In this document: one piece after another, positions 13,522 to 33,200 of the stretch | How positions within the stretch are numbered: position 1 is the first letter of the stretch | Layout: every line of letters begins with the position of its first letter | NCBI GenBank assembly: GCA_964234715.1 | Contig: OZ174275.1 | Direction: 5' to 3' (one strand) | Length of the DNA: 64,000 nt | Source: Podarcis melisellensis | Taxonomy: Eukaryota | The notes under the pieces: generated by a model | The model's input: only the letters and a program-made list of their open reading frames with translations | The model's database searches: none | Told to the model about the DNA's origin: nothing | Position numbers and translations under genes: made by a program

Positions 13522-13880
13522 GGGACGCGGGTGGCGCTGTGGGTTAAACCACAGAGCCTAGGACTTGCTGATCAGAAGGTCGGCGGTTTGAATCCCCGAG
13601 ATGGGGTGAGCTCCCGTTGCTCGGTCCCTGCTCCTGCCAACCTAGCAGTTTGAAAGCACATCAAAGTGCAAGTAGATAAATAGGTACCGCTCTGGCGGGA
13701 AGGTAAACGGCGTTTCCGTGAACTGCTCTGGTTTCGCCAGTAACGGCTTAGTCATGCTGGCCACATGACCCAGAAGCTGTACACCGGCTCCCTTGGCCAA
13801 TAAAGCAAGATGAGCGCCACAACCCCAGAGTCAGTCACGACTGGACCTAATGGTCAGGGGTCCCTTTACCTTTACCTCTA
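13522..13880 (+). mobile_element. Full-length Sauria SINE with target-site duplication
   Basis: tRNA-like head gggacgcgggtggcgctgtgggttaaacc, B-box-like ggtttgaatcc, (tttacc)n tail. TSD cctc(c/t)accactgtgccaa at 13504-13521 and 13881-13898. Confidence 0.93.
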
Positions 13881-14199
13881 CCTCTACCACTGTGCCAACA
13901 GAGGGCCAACTCAGACCAGGAAGTGACAGGACGAGGGCAGCTGCCCCTTCTATGCTCTTTGCTTCCTATTTGCTGCACTGCCCAGAGAGAGGAAGAAAGT
14001 GACGGTAGGCAGAGGCCATTGCTCGCGTTTTCTCTGTGTGCAGCACCACCACCAGCCCGGTCCTCCCCACTGAGGCGCCCAGAGGAAGAAACAAAATGGC
14101 TTTGCTGCTGGTTTGCCTCTCCACACCAGCAATGCTAGTCGACCGGCTGCTTTTCCTACAAAAACTAACAAGTGGCATCCATGTTGTGAGTTGACCCCA

Positions 14200-15250
14200 G
14201 TGACTCCGCAACGCTGGTTCTCCGGCCTTGTGCCGCAGGGCATCGGACTGATGGTTTTGCAGGTCCCTTCAGAGTGCGCTCTCGCAGCCTTCCTGAGATC
14301 TGGGTGCCCTCCAGCCTGTTTGGGGCTGCCACCCGCCTCCGCTCCGGCCACCACGTCGCCGGGTTTTTCCTTCCTCCGTCGGATCTCCCGGCCTCTGACT
14401 TGACCGGGAGGAAGCGAGTAGGGACGCCACGTGCTTCGATCCCCAGGGAGCCTAACTCTTCGCGCCTGTGCGCTGCGGAGTGACTGCGCCGGCCTGAGTC
14501 AGAACCGCCCCGCCGCCGCCGAAGCCCGGCTCCCCTCGACGTGTGGGCCGGCACGTCCCGCGGTGGCCAACCCCGCCAGACAAGCGGCGGCGACCGCCCC
14601 CTCCGACGTCACGCGCGGGATTCCTACTTAAGCGCCCGCCGCCTCCCCCCGCCTCGCGGTACTGCAGCGGCAATCGGAGGGCCCGGTCATTGCGCGCACG
14701 CTTTGCTAGACTTACCCAGGTAAGGAAGTGCTCGTGGGAACGAGGCGGGCTGGGCGAGGCGTGCAAAGAGCCCCGCGCCACCTTTCTCCACTTGCACCCT
14801 CGGGGTAAAGCAAGCCATCCAAAGAGGATCCAAGAGACGGGGCGTTTGGCGCGCAAGGAAGGAGAGGCAGAGTCGGTAGGAGGGCAACCCTCTAGGTCGG
14901 GGTAAAGCAACTCCGGACGTTGTGGGACCACATCTCCCAGCATCCCAGGCTGTTGGCCACGCCAGCTTGGGCTGATGCGAGAGTTGTGCGTCTGGAGGGC
15001 ACCACGTTGGCTACCCGTGAGAAGGTGTGAGAGGAGGAAATTGGAATCTCTCCCCGCTTCCCCCGTGTGTCCCCTGAAATGGTTTTGTAAGACGTGCCCG
15101 GGGTGGGGAGAGAAGCAGGCTGTTGTGGTCCTTTTTTTGGCCCACTGGTCATTATGTAACGCGAGGGGCGGAGGGAGGCGGCTGCAGAAAGGGATGCTCT
15201 GTACAGGTCAGAGAGTCCACTTTGGAGCGGAAAACGCCGACCCCTGGACC
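14200..15250 (+). promoter_or_regulatory. LDHA: LDHA CpG-island promoter
   Basis: CpG-dense, GC-rich. E-box CACGTG 14428-14433; AP-1 TGAGTCA 14495-14501; paired HRE GACGTG-N8-CACGTC 14538-14557; CRE-like GACGTCA 14605-14611; TATA-like TACTTAAG 14625-14632. Confidence 0.85.
14657..14719 (+). other. LDHA: LDHA non-coding exon 1 (start approximate)
   Basis: Begins about 25-30 nt after the TATA-like box and ends at a strong donor CCCAG|GTAAGG (GT 14720-14721). Next acceptor ccacAG at 19875-19876 lies 9 nt before the ATG. Confidence 0.7.
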
Positions 15251-15917
15251 CTCAATAAATTCGAGCTGTTTTAGGTATGGAATTTTTTAATGGATTTCCA
15301 ATGCCCCGAGGCTTTGGGTGTGTTGGGGTGGAGAGATGACTGTGCTGGAGTTACTTTGCGAGGACCTGTGGACGCGTCGTATTTCCCTGTCGCCTCCGCC
15401 CTCGGTTCTGCAATATCCGCTACAGAGAGGAGGGAAAACGTGGTTTCCGAAAACCGCTGGGTCATCGCACTGCCGGGAGGAAATTAAAAAAGGGAGGGGG
15501 GTGTCCGGGGAAGGTTGCGCTTTGGGGCCACTGGAACTTCTAGGTCGCTAGTCCATGGTGAGGTTTGCAGCTCAAGCGCAGCCGAGTTATTGCTCAGCCT
15601 GTTGCACCTTCTTAGCTCCTTTATTTCGTCCCGGGAGCGGGACTAGCACCCCAGGCGAAGATCGCGGTGGTATTCTGTCTCTGACTCGCGTAGTGCTCGT
15701 GCCTTTGAGCCGGGATTCCTCCTTGCCTTTTATCCCTGGCAACTAAATCAACCTGATTGCATTCGGCTCGCACGGAGGAGGAGGAAGTGTGGACAGTTCT
15801 CTCCATTCCCCGCCTGCATCGCCCCCCTGCCCGACCATTGGATATCTTGCACCGGGAAAACTGGTCAGCACTGAACTCAGTGCCTCACACGGCCCGCTTC
15901 CCGGAAATTTAATTGGG

Positions 15918-16192
15918 AGCTGTTTTAAGTGGAGAGAAGCAGTTTTGTTAGGGCAGCCTGAAACCCTCGGTGATCTAACGCAGATCCATCAGAGATCAGC
16001 AGATCCAGATCTACCTTCCTCCCACCCCTACATAAGCGGCACTATATTCCTAAGGGGATCACCGACTGCGAGCGCGATCCAGCTCGCTCCCAATTCATCT
16101 CGGCAGGAGCTGGATCTCTGATGGATCTGCGTTAGATCACCGAGGGTTTCAGGCTGCCCTAACAAAACTGCTTCTCTCCACTTAAAACAGCT
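15918..16192. repeat. Perfect 80-bp inverted repeat with 115-bp spacer
   Basis: 15918-15997 is the exact reverse complement of 16113-16192. Confidence 0.95.
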
Positions 16193-17107
16193 TAGGGTTT
16201 TTTTGTCGGGGGGGGGGTGCTAAACAGGAGAAGACTCCTGAGTTCAAGTACTGTGAGTTCAGTTTTGGTTCAGAGAACCAAATTCTAGACACCTTGTTTT
16301 TTTTAATTATAACTTGTTCGTGCATGGGCTTTGGCTGATTATATTTTGGTATTTGTGTGTGTGTGTTTTAAGTATATCCGCTAAGCCTGAAATCTGTCTA
16401 CCTCCCAAGGCTTAATACGCTTCCTGGTAAACAGTATTGCTACCTAGTTTAAGGGATGCCGGAAGAATCCCAGAGAAGATAACTTGTGTTAGTGAATCAC
16501 TTCACTCTTCAGTGAGAATAGGTGGAGCCAGGCATTGTGTTGTGGGGAAAATGCCCTTTCCCTCAATTTGTTGTGACTTCCCAGATTCTTGCAGATTTAT
16601 TACGGGTAATTCTTAGGACTGCAGGAATGCAAACTATAGGGCCCAAACTACATATGCTCAAGTGGGCCACATGCATAGTGGAATGCAGTTTTTGCCAGAT
16701 GTTCAGCCGGGAGCTTAGGGGAGCAAGCATAGTTGTGCCGCCTCCTTGCAATGGAAATAGGTTAAAATGAGACGCAATCTCAGCCAATTAGCTTCATTGG
16801 GGAGCTGAGATCTGAGCCCTGGTCAAAGCCCAGCACTCTTGGCTGCACAACAAGGCTGATCCTGTACATGGCTATGACTGTGTGCAGTTAGTTCCAGGCA
16901 GGGAGCTGGCAGAAGAACTTAATGTCTACAGACCCAGCAGTTGGGGCTAAATTAGGCTTGAATGTGGAGTGGCTCAGTTCACACAGGAAGTTGATGTAGT
17001 TGCTCCAGCACACAAACCAAATGGCTTGTAGCACAAGTGTGCATTTACCACGCTGTTACTGAAAATGCATTTGGCAGCATTGTGGTGATGGCACCAAGTT
17101 GTGAATT

Positions 17108-17110
<3 letters not shown>

Positions 17111-17187
<77 letters not shown>
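17111..17187. repeat. Compound microsatellite (TC)n(CA)n
   Basis: Directly visible. Confidence 0.98.
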
Positions 17188-17188
<1 letters not shown>

Positions 17189-17252
17189 CTTATGTGAATG
17201 CACATGGTTCAGTGTAAGAGTTTGATTTTGTGAATTGGACTCAAGGCCTCAT

Positions 17253-17477
17253 CTCACCTTTAAAGGCAGTATCATACCACTTCAAGCAGTCATGGCTTAT
17301 CTCAAATAACTCAGGGAACTAGTTTATTAAAGCTGCTGTGAGTTGTTTGGAGACCCCTATTCTCACACAGCCACAACTCCCAGAGTGAAGGGGACTCTCA
17401 GAACTCAAATTATGGTTCCTATGATTCTTTGGGGGAAGCCATGATTGCTTAAAGAGGTATGATACTTCTTTAAATGA
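17253..17477. mobile_element. Degenerate palindromic MITE
   Basis: tttaaaggcagtatcataccacttcaagcagtcatggctt and aagccatgattgcttaaagaggtatgatacttctttaaa are imperfect inverted arms. Confidence 0.6.
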
Positions 17478-19286
17478 CTCCAGAAGTGTGCCGCTGGTAC
17501 CAAGTTCTAATAATATTCCGCTTTTTGTCCTGTGTTTGGTCACAGGAACATGATTTACCAGATTTCCCCTTCCTTCTTCCAACATCTTGAATTTTGTAAA
17601 TCTAGGTGCATGTTAACCCCCCATGGCTTTCCTAGCATCACATATGCAGACTTCAGCTTCTTCATCAGATACCACCCACATGCCAGAGCCCTTTCATGTC
17701 AGAATGTGCCCTTGTGACCTTGGCCCCTACAGGGCAGTGGAATTAGGTTTCCATTTTGCTTGTTGAATTAGACATGCAAAAAATAGTAATCCTGTTTTGT
17801 TACACTCTGCATGACACATTTCTGCCTATAGAGATGTGTCTTTCAATTTCAGGAAAGGTATCTGATGCTGCAAAATTGCTGATCAGATAAAAAAAATACA
17901 ATTTCATTGGAACGATGTGGAGCTTAATGTACGTACTGCATATGAATCTTGCTTGTGCCTCACTCTGAACTGCACTGTTGTTAATTCACACTATTATTGG
18001 CAACTAATAAGCAGCTGTTTTTAGTCTATGGGGAAGTTGCTAGGTCATTCACTTGCTACTGCTTCAGAAGTTGTGGCTTTGTTTTGTTGCAAAACTCGCT
18101 CATTGTCACAAATGTCTCCAAATACTTACTGATCACCAAACTGGAGTGCTGATGGTCACGGTGGAGAGAGAGTGCTTGCCTTGATTTGCTCTTTAACCAC
18201 CAAGTGAACAGCTGCATATAGTAGCAACAAAAAGACCTACAGTAACTCTGATTCAATACATTCAGTAGAGACACTCAGTATTTCCACATTTGCAGTAGCA
18301 TCATTTCTGCAAAGAGCATAACTGAGCAGAGTGCTGCATACCAGATGACACTGAAGTGATGCACCCAGGAGAGATCAGACTTTTTGGTTCCCCCCCTTGC
18401 AGTTGTTCTACATGGGGCAGCTTTGAATGCAGGAATTGTCATAATTTTGGACTACAGGTGTATGGCTGACTATCCCATGAGCTTTGGAAGCCCATCTTTT
18501 AATGACTGGTTCTGAGATGTGTCATCCTAGCACCTTGCTGTCAGTGGTCCAGAATCTACATTCCACATTCTTCTCTCGCCAATATAACCCTTCAATGTGC
18601 CCTCCCTCCTCAGTCCTGTTGGGCATCCTTCCTCCTCTTCACCAGCCTTCTCCCACCAAGCAGATGTGCCTTTGTGCCACTCTACATTACACACTTGCTT
18701 GCGCCATACTCCCTCCCCCAGGTTGGTTCACCAACTTTAAATTGAGATGGCAATGGCTTGTTGCTGATTTTGATTCAGAACTGCCTGACACTCTTAATTC
18801 CAAAGTTTAACATCATGAAATGCCCCTTCATTCCAGCAACACTGACCACTAATCTGCTATATTGACCCCTTTATTTTCACTTTTGTGCTCTTGCATTGGC
18901 AGGCATGCATCCCCACCCCTTGTTGGTACTACCCAAGTTTTTTATTTTCCTGACTTGCTACTAGCTTCTGGCTCTGGACTCTGGCCCAACATGATATCCA
19001 GAATCAACCTTTGTCCTCCTGGGGATTTTCACCTGCCATGCTGCCAGTTTTCAGTCCAAGTCTCATTGTCTCTTGTCACCTACACCATTTCCAGAGCTGT
19101 TGTGGCCACAACATCAGAGTATGGCATAATATTTTATTGTTTTTATATGCTGTTCTCTCCCAAGACAGCTTTTAACATTAAACTAAACAAAACAAAACAT
19201 GCATATTTAAGAAATAAAATAAAAACTTTAAGACAAGCATATAGAACCAAGAGCAAAGTGTTTCACTACTTCCGAGTGAGTTAGTT

Positions 19287-19331
19287 AGTCAGTCAGTCAG
19301 TCAGTCAGTCAGTCAGTCAGTCAGTCAGTCA
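19287..19331. repeat. (AGTC)n tetranucleotide microsatellite
   Basis: Directly visible. Confidence 0.98.
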
Positions 19332-19885
19332 CATCTTTTAGTTCTCAATCACACCCTGGGTAGACTTTGTGCCTGAAAGCATACTGATCAAACAGACAAG
19401 ATGTTTTGTTGCACAATGCACTGAGCTTGCAAGATCCTTTGATAAGATACTGTGTGGTTTTGTGTTGCCTGTGTACATTAGCATTCCACTTCTTGAAAAC
19501 CTCTGTCTCTCACCTGCAATGACCCTGTCAAATTTTCTAACGTCTATTTGGGGGGGAAATGATACATATGTGCCAACAGTGGGTTGCATCCACACTAAAA
19601 TTAGTTGATTGAACTTGGATCCCATGTAAATCAATGGGCAATTTACTCATGACTTTGTTCCCATTGTGAAAACAGAAGAATCTGCTAAAATTCAAATACT
19701 GCAATAACAATTCAAGCAAAATCAAGGTTCTTGCAAATTTGCAAACTCTTTGGTGTTTGTACAGTATCTTAGTGATGGGATCCATATTTGAAATGGACTG
19801 TGTTAACTTATCATCACAGCACAATTCAACAAGTGATGAAAATGAGTTGATTGTATTCTTATGTTTCCTCCCACAGAGCTACAAG

Positions 19886-28782
<8,897 letters not shown>

Positions 28783-29391
28783 GCCTGATGTCCTATCACT
28801 TCACCGCTTAACTAGTGTTTAATGGGTCTTAGTGGATTGTCTTGTTGCACTTTTCAGATAGATCAACTCCCTTTACGATGTGTGGCAACTACCAACACAA
28901 TGCAGAGCTAAATTTGCAAATGAAATGCCTATTTTATCCAGTAGGAAACTTGCAGCTCCTGTTTACCACAACCCCGGTCTGTGGCCAGAACTGGAAGAAC
29001 CTAGTCTCTTGTTAAGTGGTGTAAAAGTAGATCCAGCATGCTCTGAAACAACACTGCCAAATGGAAGCTTCCTGCCTTTCCTCAGCTAAACTTTAGTCAC
29101 TCAGAAGAGAAGAGCTCAATTGGTCTTCCAAAAGCTGTAGAAAACCAAAGAATATTTTGTGATCAAAAAGGATTGGCAGATTCACTGACCAATATTCTCT
29201 GCTTAACAGATGACTTAAATCTCCAGTATTGAGCAGTTCTAAATGTCCTTTTTCCTTAGTCTTTGTGCATACTTTTCAAGAGAACCATGTGTACTCTAGA
29301 AGAGTGTCTTAAATGTTATGTAAAAAACCCTCTGTATGCAACAATTACAACTGATGCAATTGTCTAACTGTAGTACCAGCCCAAGCAACAA

Positions 29392-29397
29392 AATAAA
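29392..29397 (+). terminator. LDHA: LDHA polyadenylation signal
   Basis: AATAAA ~610 nt after the stop codon, followed by GT/T-rich sequence. Confidence 0.7.
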
Positions 29398-30014
29398 CAG
29401 TTAACTGCTACTTCTCCGTGTCTATATGGTTGGCCGTAAACATGACTAATCTTCAACCTCCAGGTTTTGTACAGCAGTTAATAGACACATGCACCCTTTA
29501 TTGCCATGTAAGCCAGGGTGGGCAGAGAATAGATCTGTGTTATTTAAAGTAAATCAACAAGGATTAATGACTCCCTCCCGCTCCCAAATACAGCTAAAAT
29601 GAAAGTCAGAGGGTGCAGGTTAACCAACAGAACATTATTGTAATTAATTCCATAATGGTCCCCAAGACTAAATTTGATCAAATGGACAATGTGCCCTATA
29701 ACTGACTAAACTAGCAAGGTTATTGTGAATAGGGGGGCTGGTAACTGATCTGCAATTCTAAGCATACATAGTCCCCCTGAACAAAATGGGCCTTATTTCT
29801 TCTGTGTAAGTATGCAGAGGATGAGACTAGAAAACAAACACACATTTTATCCCAACCTGCTACTAACTTCTACGCTTTTATTATAAATTAATCTTGAAAG
29901 TACACGTATGAAGTTTCCAGCTACATTCTACATTAGACAAACTTGAGACTACAGCAGTGGCATTCGTTACACAAATGTCTGTAGCACCCCCAAAAAAGTG
30001 TTAACACAACAAAT

Positions 30015-30020
30015 TTTATT
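30015..30020 (-). terminator. TSG101: TSG101 polyadenylation signal
   Basis: tttatt on + (AATAAA on -) ~220 nt past the stop; alternatives at 29877-29882 and 29497-29502. Confidence 0.65.
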
Positions 30021-30236
30021 TCGCCATCAGCCCACAAATGCAAAAAGTTTACAGAGAATAGAAAGTGCATTAATAAAGCTAGTCCTTAAAAGAAAAAAAG
30101 AAAATATATTATCCATTCAAAATATTTTACAAGTTGAATGATGTAATAACTTATTCTGGCCACTTACTGATTAAAAGGAAAAAAATAAATGAGGATATGA
30201 CCACTTGGACTACACCACTCTTCCCTAAGCCATGGG

Positions 30237-33200
30237 TCAGTAGAGATCACTGAGTCCTGCCGTTTTTCTTGCTTTCTGCATGAGTGCCCGCAGCTGAAAC
30301 TGCTTGCGAGACAAGAGGCGGACGTGCTGAAAAGAAAAAACAGGCCAGGGTAAATCATCTGAGCATGATCCGCCAGAAGTTATAACATTTTAATTTGATC
30401 AACTTCAATGGGACATCTTTGTAATAAATGAATATTTAGGTCCAGATTTTGAATTTAAAGACAACTTGAAAAGTAAGATACCATTTTGATTGGCATTTTC
30501 TCTTTGACTGTATGTCCCAATAATTTCAATGGTGTAAATTTTGACATTTTTCGATTCTTATAAAATAACTTTGTGTAATGGTGCATGTAACATATACCAG
30601 TGTTTCTCAAACTTGGGTCCCCAGCTGTTGTTGGACTACAACTCCCATAATCCCTGATAACTGGTACTGCTAGCTAGGGATGATGGGAATTGTAGTCCAA
30701 CAACAGCTGAAGACCAAAGCTTCAGAAACCGTTTTCTAGACACGTGCAGTCACCCACACAATAACCTGAATCAGCCAAAATGGGAAAAGGTAAAGAGGGC
30801 ATTTGGTTGGCCATACAGCTACAAGCACATCCTCAAGACCCAAAAGCTGAAACTGATCCCACAAAACCTGACCAGACAGTGCATTAAATGCCTCACTCAG
30901 ACCTGTTACAACAAGAATATATACACAGTGGTCCAACTCATCATGGGAAGACAAGTTATTCTGTTCTACAGGCTTATATCTTCCTGGCTGTCCAGTGTGT
31001 AAGGTTCTAAACTACAGTTTTGATGATGTGTGTGAGAGATAACAACACTCTGGTACCATCCAATGCACTTGAAAAACCCTCCCCTCTTCCCTACATTTGA
31101 AGAGGCATTAGAGATAAGAACTAGGAACACAACTATTGGTTTCAGTGGACCAGAAAAACTGTACATGAACGTACCTTTGAATATTTACTCAAACCTACCT
31201 TTAGAAAGATATCAAGATCAATAACTCCACGCCTCAATGCTTCACCCAGGTAAAAGATGGTATCTTCAATGGCATTTTCCTCAGCATACAAGTTCAGAAT
31301 TTGTTTGTAAAGTGGCGCTGTAGGAACAATAACTTCGTCTATGTCATTATTTTCTGACTGACTCTCCATTTTTTCCAAGGCAGAACTCAGCTCTTCATCT
31401 TTCTTTTTCAGGAGGTCAATGTTCTTGTCAACTTCAGCCTAAAATAATAAAAAAAAATTATAGGTTTGTTTTAAGATGCCGTGAAACCTATTTAATCAAC
31501 ACCCTAAATTCCCTTTTAAAGTCCATGGAAGGGAGTCCCAGGTACCACAGGAAAGAGGTTTCCCTCCTGCCTTCAAACACCTCCCATTGCATGTGAAGAA
31601 ATTGCCCCCCCCCCCACTGCTCTGAGGGCAATAATGGCAAAAGAGGTTTCTGCCTGGGGAAACTTGGGACCCACTGAATCCCAAACTCTCCTGTTCCCAT
31701 AACATACCTCTGGAACGGGGGGGGGGGGAGTACATGGTACTGAAGCTGGTGTACTCAGTTTCCTGTCCTTTTGGCACTAGACGGGAAAACGTGGTGGTAG
31801 GCAGAGTGGGCAAAGGACAGGGTAGTTGCAAAAGGAAAAAAACCAGGATGGGTGCTACAACACCACCTTTTGCCCTGCCAGCATAAGGCCGGCAGGACTT
31901 TGGGTGTGGCAGTTTCTTTGCCTCAGTAGGATTGCTCCGTAAGACTTTAAGAGTATTTATGTATGAGAACAGCATTTAACTGCTTATTTGGATGTTCTCA
32001 AAATTTCACCATTACTGTGCTATCGACCTTGTAAATAAGTATAGACACAGGACAAATAATTGTAATGTCCCTGCAGTTTTATGACCACTATCCTCACCTG
32101 CAAATAATGAATCAGTGGTGAGGAATATATGGCTAGAAAGAAAAGGGCTACATTTTTCATTTCCTATAACTGCCTTACCTACCACACAATGGATGCCAAG
32201 AGCTACAGGCAACAGAATCTACTGCAAGGAAGGAAATGTTCCAGCTGCTTTGAGCAACGAAAAAGGCTTTGTTGTTTGAAAAGACATGGGAAGTCATGAG
32301 CCCAATGCTTTTAATTGCTTAAAAGGAAAAAAAACAAGGTATATGGCAAGCCTTTTCGTTTGCTTACCACTTCCTGGTCTAGGCGAGTTACCATCTCTTC
32401 AAGCTTTTGGTGACCTTTTTTCAAGTCTTCCTCTGTGCGCTTCAAGGCATTGAGCTCTGCCTGGGCACGGTCCATTTCTTCTTTCATTCTCCATCTCAAC
32501 TTATCACTGACTGCTGAAATAAGCGAAGCTCGAATGGTATCTTCGCTAATGGTGCCATCTCTGCTGGGACCTGTACAATAAGATTCAGTCACAGAATCAA
32601 CCCCTTCTACTTCTGAGGAGATTTGTAGGTCATGACAATCTGTTTGGCAAAGGTATTTGAGGCTAAAAAAACTAGAGTATGTTAAAACAGATTAATTTTC
32701 AGACATAACATTCCGAAAGGTGTACCCATGAACTTCTAAGTTGCTTAATAATCTATTGTACTTTCCCAACTTAAGGAGGTTCTGCCCATCTTCTCACAGA
32801 GTGCAACTGTGAACTTGAACCAGCAAATATTTTAAAAGCAACCATAGAGCTTTCAAGTGTTAGCTAACTAACACATTAGCTAACTATCACAATGAAAAAA
32901 CATTGTCCTTGAACACAGGTTTAGCTCTCAGCCACTCAAACTTTACTTTAGATACACCCCCAAATTCAAAATGTTTTAATGAAAACACATAATGCTTCTG
33001 TCAGATTACTTGCTCTGGTTATTGCTTGAGGAGCACTGAGTTGAGCTACAAACAATGAAACACTAGTTTATTTTTTATACAAATATTTCTTTTGCTTTTG
33101 CATCAACCATCATATAAAATATCTACAGTCATTTTTTATCACCAAGTTCACATGAAACCCCAAATGTTTGCCATGCACAAGATGGTCTTTCCTTATTAAA

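Noticed and set aside
4930-13880. tRNA genes suggested by A/B-box motifs
   Set aside because: All are SINE heads without a cloverleaf.
13923-16121. Cluster of overlapping 60-160 aa ORFs on both strands
   Set aside because: Expected by-product of a GC-rich CpG island with few stop codons; low-complexity Arg/Pro/Gly/Ala translations with no domain.
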